Source of the DNA: Okamejei kenojei
Taxonomy: Eukaryota
DNA: 64,000 nucleotides
NCBI GenBank assembly: GCA_035221665.1
Contig: CM069151.1
Location: 29,450,001 to 29,514,000 of the forward strand
Direction of reading: 5' to 3'
Below, piece by piece: positions 12,983 to 25,651 of this stretch (positions within the stretch are counted from its first letter, which is position 1; each line of letters starts with the position of its first letter). The notes beneath the pieces are model-generated. The model saw only the letters and a list, made by a program, of their open reading frames with translations, did no database searches and was not told the DNA's origin. Made by a program: the position numbers and the translations under genes.

Positions 12983-13250
12983 CACTGCACTGCCAGGCTT
13001 ACCTGCTGCAGAAGATGAATCAGTAAAATGTTATACCTTCACCGACCAACCATGTACTCCAGTGATGGTTTTGGAACGTTGCTTTCTCAAATTTTCAATC
13101 TAACCAAAATGTTTTAAAATATATATCTTATGTTTCTATGCCATACATAGTATTACATCTGCTTGAATACTTAACCTATCAAAAGCCCCCCACAGCTGTA
13201 TTCACCAGTCACTTGCATGGCTTTCTCACACCCCCGCCCTTCACCTCGAT

Positions 13251-13330
13251 CAGTCTGAAGAAGGGTCCCGACCCAAAACGTGTTTTCCAGAGATGCTGCT
13301 TGCTTGAGCTGCTGAGTTACTCCAGCACTC
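13251..13330 (+). mobile_element. Penelope-derived module with degenerate hammerhead
   Basis: CAGTCTGAAGAAGGGTCCCGACCCAAAACGT...AGAGATGCTGC...GCTGAGTTACTCCAGCA. Confidence 0.75.
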
Positions 13331-13385
13331 TAGTGGTGTCTTTTTCTGCAACACCTTAGATTGTTGAAAAAACTACTAGTCATAG

Positions 13386-13694
13386 GGCGACATGGTGGCG
13401 CAGCAGTAGAGTTGCTGCTTTACAGCGCCAGAGACCCAGGTTCGACCCTGGCTATGGGTGCTGTCTGTACAGAGTTAGTAGGTTCTCGCTGTGACCTTCT
13501 TGGGTTTTCTCTGGGATCTCCGTTTCCTCCCACATTCCAAAGACGTACAGATTTGTAGTTTAATTGGCTTGGTATAATTGTAAAATTGTCTGCAGTGTGT
13601 TTAAGATAGGTGAGTGTGTGGGGATCGCTGGTCAGCATGGGCTCGGTGGGCCGAAGGGCCTGTTTTATGCTGTGTCTCTGAACTAAACTAAACT
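13386..13694 (+). mobile_element. HE1/V-SINE-like SINE, full length
   Basis: GGGCGACATGGTGGCGCAGC head, GGTTCGACCC B box and (CTAAA)n tail. Confidence 0.9.
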
Positions 13695-14426
13695 ATATAG
13701 CAACTAATTGGCTGCCAGAAACTCCTCAACACAACGACACTGTGATTTTTAAAAAGAGGACGGGAAGTTTGCTCACTCATCCAAGGTTCAATTCCTTTAA
13801 GAAGCATCTGCTAAAGATTGCTTGTCAAACCTACTGGAAGATAAAGTGATACTGACACTCAATTCAGGAAATAGAATTGCTTCAATGGCCTAAAAAATGT
13901 CCATTTTGCGATACAGAACTATTCGATATATAAGACAAAATTCAATACGCGTGGTTCAGTCATAAAAGGCACAAACAAGTAAATGACCAAATTCCCACTG
14001 GAGCATGCAGTGATGGATATGCTGTTACATTTCAGTGCTTTTGTCACACTTACTTTATCCACTACTTCTGACCTCCTGTTTTCAAAGACCTCTACACCCC
14101 AGCCTTCATTTGGAATAATAGATTTGTGACACTGCAATCAGCAAATATCGTTTATTTACAGTGTGAAAGCACACGGATAAACATGATTCAAATCTCTGCT
14201 GGCTGTAGCTTTCACAAATTGTTGCACTGTACATCAGGTCCGGATAGTATCATCTTCAGAGTGGACTGTGTGCCCCTTCCTCCAGTAATGTGATCCTCTG
14301 AACAATCACTGCACCCCATGTGCTGCTTTTATCTTAATGGTGAATACAAAATATTACTGGTAACATTTATTAGGAATTTTACAACAGCTCTGAAGGGACT
14401 TTGGAGTCATCACTTTTAGGATACAG

Positions 14427-14800
14427 TCATAGAGTGATACAGCATGGAAACAGGCCCGTCGGCCCAACTTGTCCATACCGACCAACATGTCTCATCTATT
14501 CTAGTCACACCTGCCTGCGTTTGGCCCATATCCCTCTAAATCTGTCCTATCCATGTACCTGTCTAATTGTTTCTTCAACTTTGCTATACTCCCTGCCTCA
14601 ACTGCCTCCTTTGGCAGCTTGTTCCATATACCCGCCACCCTTTGCTACCACTCAGATTCCTATTAAATCTTTCCCCCTTCACCTCAAACCTATGTTCTCC
14701 AGTTCTCGATTCCCCTGCTCTGGGCCAGAGACTGTGTGTTTATCTGATCTATTCCTCTCATGATTGTAAATACCTGTATAAATTCACCCCTCATCCTCCT
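14427..14800 (-). mobile_element. CR1 3' fragment
   Basis: Reverse complement of the CR1 3' end, similar to 24140-24690. Confidence 0.75.
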
Positions 14801-15088
14801 GGGATGCATGGGACTGGAAGTCTTGATAATACCTTGGTAAACCCAATCTTAATGAGGAACTTTCAACAAAGGATTCTCGGCTCAGGCATCTCAGGGACTT
14901 TGGAGTCATTATTGGAGTCATTGGAATGCATGGGACCAGAAGTGTTGTTGAACCTGAGTCATCTAAATCTTAATGAGGAACATTCAGCAAAGGATTATCG
15001 GCCCAGGCACCTCCATCTGTTTTGCTCAGGATTACATCTGTTAATTGTTCATGCCTATTATTATCAAAGCATCATGCGCGTACTCGAT

Positions 15089-15223
15089 GTGTAGGGGTGA
15101 ACTGCAGATGCTGGTTTAAACCGAAGATAGATACAAAATGCTGGAGTAACTCATCGGGACAGGCAGCATCTTTGGAGAGAAGGAACGGGTGACATTTCTG
15201 GTCGAGACCCTTCTTCAGACTCT
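15089..15223 (-). mobile_element. Penelope-derived module with CpG-decayed 15-bp TSD
   Basis: Flanks ATGCGCGTACTCGAT (15074-15088) and ACGCACATACTCAAT (15224-15238) differ only by CpG-type transitions. Confidence 0.8.
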
Positions 15224-15638
15224 ACGCACATACTCAATTCACACTCTTCTTCGATAAACATACTCAGCATTATTATTATTAGCCTACAGTCGATAGCATG
15301 TTGTGGAATAAGAGTTTGAGCTCTTTGAGCTGCAGAATGTTGAGATGGTAACTGGGAAATTAGGCAATCAATTTGTAATCTCGTCACAATATAATACAAA
15401 GTCAGTCCAATTACAGCTGCATTCAGCACCTTATGATACCCCTGTATGTTGACCAGTTGTATATGAAATGATTCCACTACTATTGTTGCGCTGTGTCCTA
15501 ATGCCCATTCATTTCAGTGGCCAGTTAGTTGTGTGTGAAGATGGACATAAAGCACTGGAGTAACTCTGCAGCTCAGGCAGCAACTCTGGAGAACATAAAC
15601 TGGTTACATTGAGGCCTAAAATTCTCCCTTAATATTTG

Positions 15639-16324
15639 AGTAAGTAAGTAAGTTTATTGGCCAAGTATTCACATACAAGGAATTTGCCTTGGTGCTCCGT
15701 CCACAAGTAACAACATGACATACAGTGACAGTTACGAATGACTCAGAAAACACTAAACATTAATAATAATAAAACATTAATGATAAAACACCATTGATCA
15801 AGCATGTGAACCGACAAAATACCAGATCAAAGGAAGGCTACAGTTTTTTGGCTGTTGAGTAGAGCAACTACTCGTGGATAAAAACTGTTTTTATGTCTGG
15901 CTGTGGCAGCTTTGACAGTCTGGAGTTGCCTTCCAGAGAGAAGTGATTCAAAGAGTTTGTGGCCAGGGTGAGAGGGGTCAGAGATGATCTTGCCCGCTCG
16001 CTTCCTGGCCCTTACAGTGTACAGTTCATCAATGGAGGGAAGTTTGCAGCCAATAACCTTCTCTGCTGATCAGACGATTCGCTGCAGCCTCCAGGTGTCG
16101 TGCTTGGTGGCTGAGCCAAACCAGACCATGATGGAGAAGGTGAGAACAGACTCAACGATGGGCATGTAGAATTGGACCATCATTGCCTGTGGCAGATTGT
16201 GCTTCCTCAGCTGCCGTAAGAAGTACATCCTCTGTTGTGCTTTTTTGACGTGGAGTCGATGGTAGCCCCCCACTTAAGGTCCTTGGAGATGATGGTTCCC
16301 AGGAACTTAAAAGACTCCACAGAT
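15639..16324 (-). mobile_element. Rex1/Babar-like LINE 3' fragment
   Basis: KKAQQRMYFLRQLRKHNLPQAMMVQFY...IVESVLTFSIMVWFG; AATAAA plus (CTTA)n tail. Confidence 0.88.
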
Positions 16325-16680
16325 GTTTGAGCCATTATTGTGATCTTTAGAATATCGAAGGAGTAATGATTAAAAATACTTTTTGTTTGCTCTCAAATAT
16401 TATGGCAGGATTAAATCTAAGGCTAGGTAAATATATTAAAGCACTGATTCTGCCAGCAGTCCAAAGAAATAATTACCTTCTTGATCCAGTAAGATTTAAA
16501 ATCATCAGCTTCTTCATTGCAATACTAAGACAAACACTAAAACTATTCCAGTAAAATTGCTTGGTTATCAGGGCCAGCTATAGTAGTGTGAATTTATTAT
16601 ATGAATCTCGTCTTGAATTTGTGCAGTGCTATTCATGACTTCTGGGCATCCCAACATATTTGCAACAAGCAAAAATAAGA

Positions 16681-17030
16681 GGGACAGCCAAGTGACGCAG
16701 CCAATGGAACCAGTTTCTCACAGCACCAGAGATCGACGTTCAATTCTGACCTTGGCTGCTGCCTGTGTGGAGCTTGTACATTCCCCCTGAGACCGTGAAG
16801 GTTTAGTCCAAGTCCTCTAGTTTCCTCCTACATCCCTAAAGACATGTGGGTTTGTAGTCTAGTTGTCCACTGCAAATTGTCCCTAATATGCAGATGAGTG
16901 GTAGAATTTGGGGTCGATTTGATGAGAATGAGGGGAGATTAAGAAATACGATTAATGTTGGATTATTGTAAAGGGGTGGTTCATGGTCGGCACGGACTCG
17001 GACGGGCTGAAGGGCCTGTTTCCGTGTGGT
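16681..17030 (+). mobile_element. Diverged HE1/V-SINE-like SINE
   Basis: tRNA-like head, core and GGGCTGAAGGGCCTGTTTCC tail. Confidence 0.75.
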
Positions 17031-18304
17031 ATTTCCCTTTGACTTTTTTTGAAGTGTGGTCACTGTTATAATAGAGGAATTGAAGTCAGTGGAAAGAGAC
17101 ATCAGGAGAGATGTGAATCAGACTTCCTCCAGCACTCTTTTGACAGCCTTGCACAGAAGCAAGAATCCTATGATTGTTAAAGCAGCAGAGGTTATCTCAC
17201 AGGAAGCACTCTTAAAGAAACAACATATTCTGATTCTACTTCTTCTCAAATTAAGTGACAAGTGGTTTAAATGGCCTGGAATTCACAAGCTGCCTATTAC
17301 GCACTGTGTGCAGGTCGTTGATGAGGGAGTGGGATAACATGGAACTAGTGTGCAAGTGTGATTGGTGGTTAATGTGGACTCGGTGGGCTGAAGAGCCTTT
17401 TTTTTTCTGCTATATCAGTAAACTAAATTAAACTAAACCAAACAAATAGTATGTTGACCTTAATTGCTTGAGGTTGAGGGTGTTAATTTAACACCCCAAA
17501 TTAAAGTAATCTTCCATCCCTGTGAATAAGACATCTTTGCCTTGTGCACTCATTATCAGTGTATCATTAAGATACAAACCACACCTCATCAGAAATATTG
17601 TGTTTTACACTGCATCTTACAATTTTTGGGAGTTCCCACAATTTCACCTTCAACCTCCATAATATTATTTGCTTTAAAGAGTGTTTCCATCTGTTTGATT
17701 CTCAGTCTTGGTCATACATGCCACGATTTAAGATACAGTCATTCAGACCAGCCATGTTATCCCTTCCCATTCAAGCCTTCATCTGTTGGTGTTGCATGCC
17801 ACAGCCCAGAAACTAGTCATTGCTCGGCTGCCTTGCCATTGTGGCTTGTTCTGCCAAGTATCTTTGCCCAGACGTGGTGGAGAACTGTAATTACACTTGA
17901 TTAACCACGGGGAAAGACTGCAAAGAATTGGTTTTGGTATTGCATACTCACTGAAAACTTTTAGCAAGAATTATCAACAATCTCAAGAGAAAGTTATTAT
18001 CCTTGTCATTTTGCAATATCTTCACAATTTCTTTGAAACACAGCACATATATGTGCAAAATATTGTTTATTGGTTAGATAGCGCATTAAACTATTTATAT
18101 GAGAAGACTTTTAGCTGTTGCACGATGTATGTGACAATGTGACAATGTTAAGGAGCAGACACACTGCATGACTCTACTGTGCAGTATAATCACAGTGTGA
18201 ACACACACAGGGATATGGTGAGAACAATATACCATGCCAGAGATCCCTGGGAACTGATGTCTGACAACAATTAACATCAGAACAGCAAACGGCTACACAA
18301 CAGA

Positions 18305-18497
18305 TTTTTTTAAAAGAAGGAACTGCAGATGCTGGAGAATCGAGGGTACACAAAAAGCTGGAGAAACTCAGCGGGTGCAGCAGCATCTAAGGAGCGAAGG
18401 AGTCTGAAGAAGGGTCTCGACCCGAAACGTCGCCTATCTCCTTCGCTCCTTAGATGCTGCTGCACCCGCTGAGTTTCTCCAGCTTTTTGTGTACCCC
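18305..18497. mobile_element. Inverted-pair Penelope-derived module with 15-bp TSD
   Basis: CGGCTACACAACAGA at 18290-18304 and 18498-18512. Perfect 59-bp inverted arms at 18344-18402 and 18438-18496. Confidence 0.92.
18404..18431 (+). ncRNA. Minimal type-I hammerhead ribozyme core (Penelope-type)
   Basis: CUGAAGA, then A and stem II GGGU-CUCG-ACCC, then GAAA with palindromic ACGU and a GUC cleavage triplet. Activity is untested. Confidence 0.75.
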
Positions 18498-19376
18498 CGG
18501 CTACACAACAGACATTGCTTGATCTTCACAGACACTTTGAGGTCACCATTTAGTGTCATCGCTTCACCTCTGAACGCAGCCTTCAGTCCAGAATCTATTA
18601 TCGTTAATCCCCCTCGTTGGCACATATTAACCTCGTCTTTCATTTGGAAACTTTGGCTATTTTCTAACAAGCTTCACTGATTTCAAACTTTTGAAGATTT
18701 TAATTCTGATCCACTTAAAGCTAACTTAAAAAATAAACCCTTTCTGCTTCAAAATTGCTTCTTTTATTACTAAGAATTTTATTTCCTGCCTTTCTATGGA
18801 TAATTTTTCCCTTTCCAGCCAAACATTGGTTTCAAAGTCATTTGAGCGAAATTCCTTGCTTCACATACAATTCTCCAGGTTCCCAAGCAGGCTCTTTGTG
18901 CTAACCTTTTCATTCTATCTCCTTGTTCTCAACAACAGTTTGAATCAATAGTTTAAAGCATGTCGTATACAGCTATTAAACCACAAAGATGGAAGTGTAA
19001 ACATTGGCTTGCTTTAAAAGATAGTATCAGAAGGATGTTTCTGTAAATGACATCTCCTTGGACATGTATCCCAAGGAAACACATGTATCAGGGCATATTT
19101 CATTGATCCTAAAATAGCTCTGAAAGTGCACACTGTTATCATTCATTAAGGATTAGGATGAAATGGCAGTGGATATGACTTTAGATGATATAATTTCAGG
19201 GGTATGTCCAATGAGGACTGACCAGGGGCACCAGCGCACTCTTCTCTAAACCTCCGGCCATGCGGTTCTGAATACATGCACGTTTACCCCCAATAATGTT
19301 GATAGGTATGTCCAGGTGAGACAGAGCAATGACTGTGACCACATTGGTACTGTGTCTTTACTCTTACTGGACTCAC

Positions 19377-19700
19377 AGTTAGTTTAGAGATACTGCATGG
19401 AAACGGCTTCTTCAGCCCACCCAGTCCGCGCCGACCATCGGTCACCCATTCACACTAGGTTTATGTTATCCTACTTTCTCATCCTGACCCTACACCCAAG
19501 GGGCAATTTACAAGGGCCAATTAACATACAAACCTGCGCATCTTTAGTACGTGGAAACAAAATGGAGCCCCTGGTGCAGTCACAGGGCGAACATGCAAAC
19601 TCCAGGGAGACATGCAAACTCAGACAGCATTGATGGTCAGGATCGAACCTGGGTCCCAGGTGCTGTGAGGCAGGGGCTCTACCAGCTGTGCCACTGTGCA
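19377..19700 (-). mobile_element. HE1/V-SINE-like SINE
   Basis: Reverse complement head GCACAGTGGCACAGCTGGTAGAGC, GGTTCGATCC and (CTAAA)n tail. Confidence 0.85.
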
Positions 19701-19819
19701 CTCTAAAGAAGAATCAATTCTCATTCCACAAAATGTCATCTTCTCCATTCTCTCTTCATAGGTTGATCTCTCATGCTTGGAAATAATCTATTGAACCTTT
19801 GCTTCACTGTCATTTTTTT

Positions 19820-20085
19820 TCAGTTCAGTTTAGTTTGTTGTCATGTCTACTGAGGTACAGTGAAACTTTTTGTTGCGTGCTAACCAGTCAGCAGAAATAC
19901 AATACATTATTCCAATCGATCCATTTACAGTGTATAGATACATCATAAGGGCATGCCGTTTAGTGCAAGGTAAAGCCAGCAAAGACCGATCAGGGAAAGT
20001 CCGAGGGTGATCAAAGCTCCAGCATTGCTCTCTGGTAGGGTGATTCAGTTGCCTGATAACAGCTGGGGAAAAAAACTGTCCCTGT
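19820..20085 (-). mobile_element. Rex1-like LINE 3' UTR fragment
   Basis: Same sequence as 30703-31005 (+) and 61085-61312; encodes SFFPAVIRQLN on the minus strand. Confidence 0.7.
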
Positions 20086-20089
20086 CATT

Positions 20090-20651
20090 ACCACCATCAC
20101 CATGGTTTGCCCCAACAGCTGCTGACGATCTTCTACCGCTGCACGACAGAGAGCATACTAACGTATGGCATCTCTGTGTGGTATCTCAGCTGCACGGAGG
20201 CGAAGAGGAGAGCTCTTCAGCGCGTTGTCCGCAGAGTGCAACAGATTATTGGGACACCGCTACCAGCCTTGAACCTACCACACACCGTGCCTCAGGAAGG
20301 CCGTCAGCATCCATAAAGACTCCTCTCACCCTTGTAATGGACTGTTCGAACTACTCCCTTCCGGCAGACGTTACAAGGCCTTCTACGTCCGCACCACCAG
20401 ACTCAGGAACCGCTTCATTCCCAGAGCTATAGTGGCTCTGAACCGGCCCTGCTGAGTACCCCCCCACCCCCATGGACTGTCTCCCCCGGCCTCGCACTTT
20501 AGTCTGTGTTGATTTTACTGGTCTAATGTTCATTTTTACAAACCTAGTTCTCAGGGTATTTAAACCTAAATTTTATTTGTCGATTAAGTTATGACATCAG
20601 ATGGAAGTTGCAAACCAAATCTCGTTGCACTTATGTGTAATGTCAATAAAA

Positions 20652-20689
<38 letters not shown>
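20090..20689 (+). mobile_element. Rex1-like LINE 3' fragment with (ATT)n tail
   Basis: PQQLLTIFYRCTTESILTYGISVWY...LQRVV; AATAAA followed by (ATT)n at 20652-20689. Confidence 0.85.
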
Positions 20690-20690
<1 letters not shown>

Positions 20691-21612
20691 GTTGGTGTAT
20701 TGTATGAAACTATAGGGGAACAGCAGAATACCTGAAGTTGGTATTTTGCCAATTCCCTACAACTTCAGACTTGCAAAACGGATAATTTGCAAGGAACTGA
20801 GAAGATTACAAACTGGCTAAGTTAATGGTCGTCTGCCATTCATTTTGAAACAACTTAAGGCAGTACTAACATTATAACTATAATTAAACAGCAAAATAGA
20901 CAAGGTTTAGGATCTGGGTGTCATTTGCTGACAGGACATTGAGTACGTAATTACAGCAGTTGCTTCAAAGTCAAAAAGATTGATCTTGAGAGCATAAGGA
21001 AGTGATATGTGCACTAATGTGGCATTAGTGAGCCTGCATGGAGAGACAAAAGGAGCTCCATCTGTTGTTGGGAAAAACAAGATTAAAGGATGATAATAAT
21101 TAGGAGGATCAATAAGATGAATGTAGCAAGGCTTTCTGTGTACAATCAGAACAAGATAACCAAGAATGCGATTAGTGTAGAAGCCCCAAGCTAAATGCCA
21201 CGTAGAAACTAACTTCTCCGTGCTCAGTGTTTTAAAATTGCAAAATAGGCTTCTAGCAAAGCAGATTCAATTCTAATAGTCACAAGGGAATTGTGATTCA
21301 GAAGGATAAATTACAGTCTGCGGTAATGCAGAAAATGAAAGCAAAATGTGAATACATTTTATTGTAAAATTGCAGTGGGCAATGGAATTTTGTTTTTATA
21401 TATATTATTCTACCACCATAAATATTACTGGACAATGAAAGGAAAGCAGCAATTTAACTTAACATGCTTGCAGATATCAAACAATGCATGGACGTCTTAA
21501 TGATTTCCAATGTTAATGCTGTTTATAGTGAGAATCTTATGCGATTGTTCATTTTTATATGTAACTGAAGTTTCCTAAACATCAGCTAGATCCTGATAAG
21601 ATAATCACACTG

Positions 21613-21710
21613 AAGACAGGCACAAACTGCTTGAGTAACTCAGCAGGACAGGCAGCATCTCTGGAGAGAAGGAATGGGTGACGTTCCGGGTCGAGGCTCT
21701 TCTTCAGACC
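21613..21710 (-). mobile_element. Penelope-derived module
   Basis: GAGTAACTCAGCAGGACAGGCAGCATCTCTGG...GACGTTCCGGGTCGAGGCTCTTCTTCAGAC. Confidence 0.78.
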
Positions 21711-22170
21711 ATAACTCTGATGGGGAGGAACCTTCAACCATTAGTGTTATTGTTTCTAGGCAATGGCATTGGAATCCCTGTTGTGAAGCAATCAAATCGG
21801 AAAATAGTTTTCTAAGCATATGATTTAAAAATCAGCAAGTCAAACAGATGGCGTCTCCAAATGCACTTCACTTGCAATACAAAAGCATTGGATTTGACCT
21901 TGCTTGTTTGAAAGAAAGTTCTTGCCTTGAATATTTGCACAATTGTGTTTTCTTCAAAGGAGGAAAGGTCAAGCTAACACTGTGAAGGTTGTATTCCATG
22001 TACTGCCGCTTTGACATTGCCAGACTTCTCTGTTTTGCAATCCACATTAAAGATTGAAAGTTGCAGAAAAATGTGGAAAGTTATTGTTACTATTGTATTC
22101 ACACAACATTCTGTCTTGTGGATTCTAAGCCAGATTGGTGTTTAATCAAACATTGAGCTGTGAAGACCGA

Positions 22171-22297
22171 TCTGAAGAAGGGTGCAAGAAGGAACTGCAG
22201 ATGCTGGTTTAAACCAAAGGCAGACCCAAAACGTCACCCATTCCTTCTCTCCAGAGAGGCTGCTTATCCCGCTGAGTTACTACAGAATTTTGTGTCC
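22171..22297. mobile_element. Rearranged Penelope-derived module
   Basis: CTGAAGAAGGGT is split from GACCCAAAACGTC by an inverted GAAGGAACTGCAGATGCTGG piece. Confidence 0.7.
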
Positions 22298-22905
22298 TGA
22301 GCAGTGAAGTTGTACTTACCACAGTGGAAGACCTGACCGTTTGTTCAGATCCTGAATTCAAGAGAGTGCCGGCTATAATACTCATGCATTTCTTCACGTG
22401 GATTAAGCTGAATTGTCTCCATTACTTACATTTTCAGTTCTTCAGCGATGAAACATTAGTGAAGTCTCCTTGATTTTTTTTTTTAATGAGTGGCCCAAAA
22501 TGTCATATGGAATTGGTGTGGAGAAAGTTTTAGCAATTGGTTTGTACCTTTTAAATAACCAATTATCGACCAAATTTTAAATCTGTGGTAAAAGAAAATC
22601 ATTGTAAATTGTGAAGTCTTTTTTTTTCCATAAACGAATGCAGGTAGCTTTAAACAGTCATTGTGATAGAACAAGAATGAGAATTATCAAACTTTGACAG
22701 TGTTTTTCACTCATTTTAGTAATTGAAAAAGACAGTGTAAATAATGTTAATCCTGTGCAGTACTTTCTACAATGCAGAAGTAGTACATGCAGTCCATTTG
22801 GATCCCTATCTGCTTCTGCTGGGTCAATGCCATAAATCCCATTCTTATTTTATTTCCTTCTAGCTCTGCAACTTATTCTCTCTCACTGTGCATCACCTCC
22901 CCTTC

Positions 22906-23213
22906 AGTTTAGTTTTGAGATACAGTGTGAAAACAGACCCTTCAGCCCACTGAGTCCGCACTGACCAGCGATGCCCGCACATCAACACTTCCCTTCACGT
23001 ACTAGGGACAATTTACATTTATATCAAGGCAATTAACCTACAAACCTGTACGTCTTTCGAGTGTGGGAGGAAACCCTAGGATCTCGGAGAAAACCCATGC
23101 AGGTCACAGGGAGAACGTACAAACTCCGTACAGACAAGCACCCGTAGTCAGGATCGAACATGGGTCTCTTGTGGTGTAATACAGCAACTCTACCGCTACG
23201 CTACTGTGCCGCC
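22906..23213 (-). mobile_element. HE1/V-SINE-like SINE, full length
   Basis: Reverse complement GGGCGGCACAGTAGCGTAGCGGTAGAG...GTTCGATCC...GGGCTGAAGGG tail. Confidence 0.88.
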
Positions 23214-24139
23214 CTTTGACTTCTTCATCACTTACCTACAGTCAGTGTAACTTGCAGTAGTTGATTAACCTACCAGGACATCTTGTGGATGCAGGAGGAA
23301 ACCAGTGGAGCTGGCGGAAACGCATGAAGGCACAAGGGCTTGAAGGCTCCTTGCAGATTGCACCAAAGTCCACATCACAGTTGGGTAGCTTATAGATGTG
23401 AGGCAGAGCACTTCTTGCTACACTACCATGTCACCCATTTTGGTGTGAGACTTGCTATGGAAGTTTTGCATTCACTGACATTTAATTTGATGCTCAATTT
23501 TCACTTTTCATATTTTCCTTCATTGCTTGTTTTAAGTTTATAAGATCTTCCAGTAGGTAATATAATTTTATTTCAAAAAATTAGTATGATTAATTTGGGA
23601 AAGTATTAACATTTATAATTCAAGACCAATCCATATTATAATTTGAGATCAATCCACATTTATAATTTGAGACTAATTGACATTTTGCAAAACCAGTGAG
23701 TTATCAATCTATTATATTATGTATAATATACCAATATATTACATTTTGAATATATTATACTGTACAGATAGATTATATTAAGTTTATTGCTCCAATATTA
23801 ATTCCAAACTTTGCATGCACTTGCAGAGAAGTCATTCAGTATTTTATCTTCTGTGTTTGATATGGAAACCTTGTTTCTATGCTTCGGTTTCATGCAGTTC
23901 CTTCTGAGAAATCAATTGAGCTCCTGTTTTTCTATTTCAGTTGTTCTCGCTGACCACTGTACTGCCATACAGTCAAAAGTGTAATTATTTAGTTTAACCA
24001 AAGGAGTGTATTAAAATCTTATACAATATCTAAAGCAGTTTGTGCAGAGGTTCTCAGGAAGGTTGTTATAACGTCATATAAGCAAACAATCACTTCTCAA
24101 CATTGCCCATTCATTACAGACCATAATGCTCACATATGT

Positions 24140-24690
24140 ATTGTACAAGATGATGGTGAGGCCGCATTTGGAGTATGGTGTTCAGTTTAGGTCTGTCATT
24201 GGGAACGATGCTGTTAAGCTGGAAAGAGTGCTGAGAAGATTTACGAGGATGTTGCCAGGACATGAGGGCCTGAGCAACATGGAGAGGTTGAGTGGGCTAG
24301 GAGTTTATTTTTAGTGTTTAGTGCAGAAGGCAGAGGGTTGAACATATAGTGGTGTACAAGATCATGAGAGGAATAGATAAGAGTACATGCATGGAGTGTT
24401 TTATCCAGAGCATGGGATTCAAGAATCATAGGACATAGGTTTAAGGTGAGAGGGGAAAGATTTAATCAGCATCTGAGGGGCAGCTTTTTCACACAGAAGG
24501 TGTTCGGTATATGGATCGGGCTGCCAGAGGAGGTAGTTGCAGCAGGTACTATAACAACATTTCAAAGACATTTGGACAGGTACATAGACAGAAAAGGTTT
24601 AGAGGGAAATGGGTCAAACGCGGGCAGGTTGATCGGCACGGGCAAATTGGGCCAGAAGGGCCTGTTTCTGTGCTGTATGACTCTATGAGT
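24140..24690 (+). mobile_element. CR1 LINE 3' fragment
   Basis: LYKMMVRPHLEYGVQF...LERVLRRFTRMLPG and FFTQKVFGIW; (CTATGA)n tail. Confidence 0.88.
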
Positions 24691-25651
24691 CTATTTGCTC
24701 ACATCACTGCTGAGGATTTGACTCAAATTTTTAGATGATGGCATTTCTCGTAGACTCCCCAAACAACAAACACGTGTCTCTCTCCATCTTCCCTGCCAGT
24801 TTATCTTGATGTGCCAAAAGATTTCGATCAAATCACTTCTTAACCATGGACTGTGTTGTCCATGGACTGTGGCCCAAATCATCTAAACTTTCCTTATTGG
24901 TTAAGCTGCAACATCCAGCTATCATTCTGATGAACTAATACGACACTCTCTTCAAGACTAGTGTGGCTTCCTAAAGTGTGCAGTTAAAGGCTGACAGCAG
25001 TGCTTCACGTATATAACCAGAGCTGCATAAAGATAGACCATGAATTTTATTATCTTAACACAGGGATGAATACTCCCAGAGCCATGTTCCTCCCTCTTGC
25101 CTTTCCCCCAGAGACTGCAGTAAAAGGAAGGCAGTTAATGAGGGAGGGAGGGAGGGTAAGAGTGGTAAGCAGGATGTGTACGTGTGGATCGACTGTGTGT
25201 GAGCATGGCTAGAGTGCGGGTAGGAGTATGTGTGTACCAACATATGCATGTTGTGTGCTAAACTTGTTCAGGAGAGCCTAGTCAAGATTAGGTATGCAAC
25301 AAGCCATTTTCCCTGCCACAGATGCAAGCCACCTTCAGAACGGAGGGAGTGCATTAGAAAAATATGTTTGTATTTGCCCACGACCTTTGTGTTCTTTACA
25401 ATTGGATTCCTCCCTCAACCTAGCCTCTGTGGACCTCCCCTGCTCATAGCTTTCACTGTTTCAGGAGTGTTGTGTCTCTGCAGTCTTGAGGTCCCAGCAG
25501 CTCAGCTGAAAATTATACTTGCTTGCAGTGGAACCTGCTTGTCATCTCTGTGTCCATTGCTTAATCTGTTGGCATTTTTTAGTGATTTCATGCTTCTGTC
25601 GCCTGTGCTTACATTGCAGCTATGTTTGTGTTAATGAACCTGGACCTATAA

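Noticed and set aside
13386-13460. tRNA genes at SINE heads
   Set aside because: The A/B boxes continue into the SINE core and LINE-like tail, and there is no complete cloverleaf.
19820-20689. Head-to-head Rex1 fragments as one inverted insertion
   Set aside because: The two pieces have different 3' UTRs and tails, so they are probably independent insertions.
23611-23690. Three 23-24 bp AT-rich repeats (CRISPR-like?)
   Set aside because: A degenerate tandem minisatellite with no spacers, in a eukaryotic intron.
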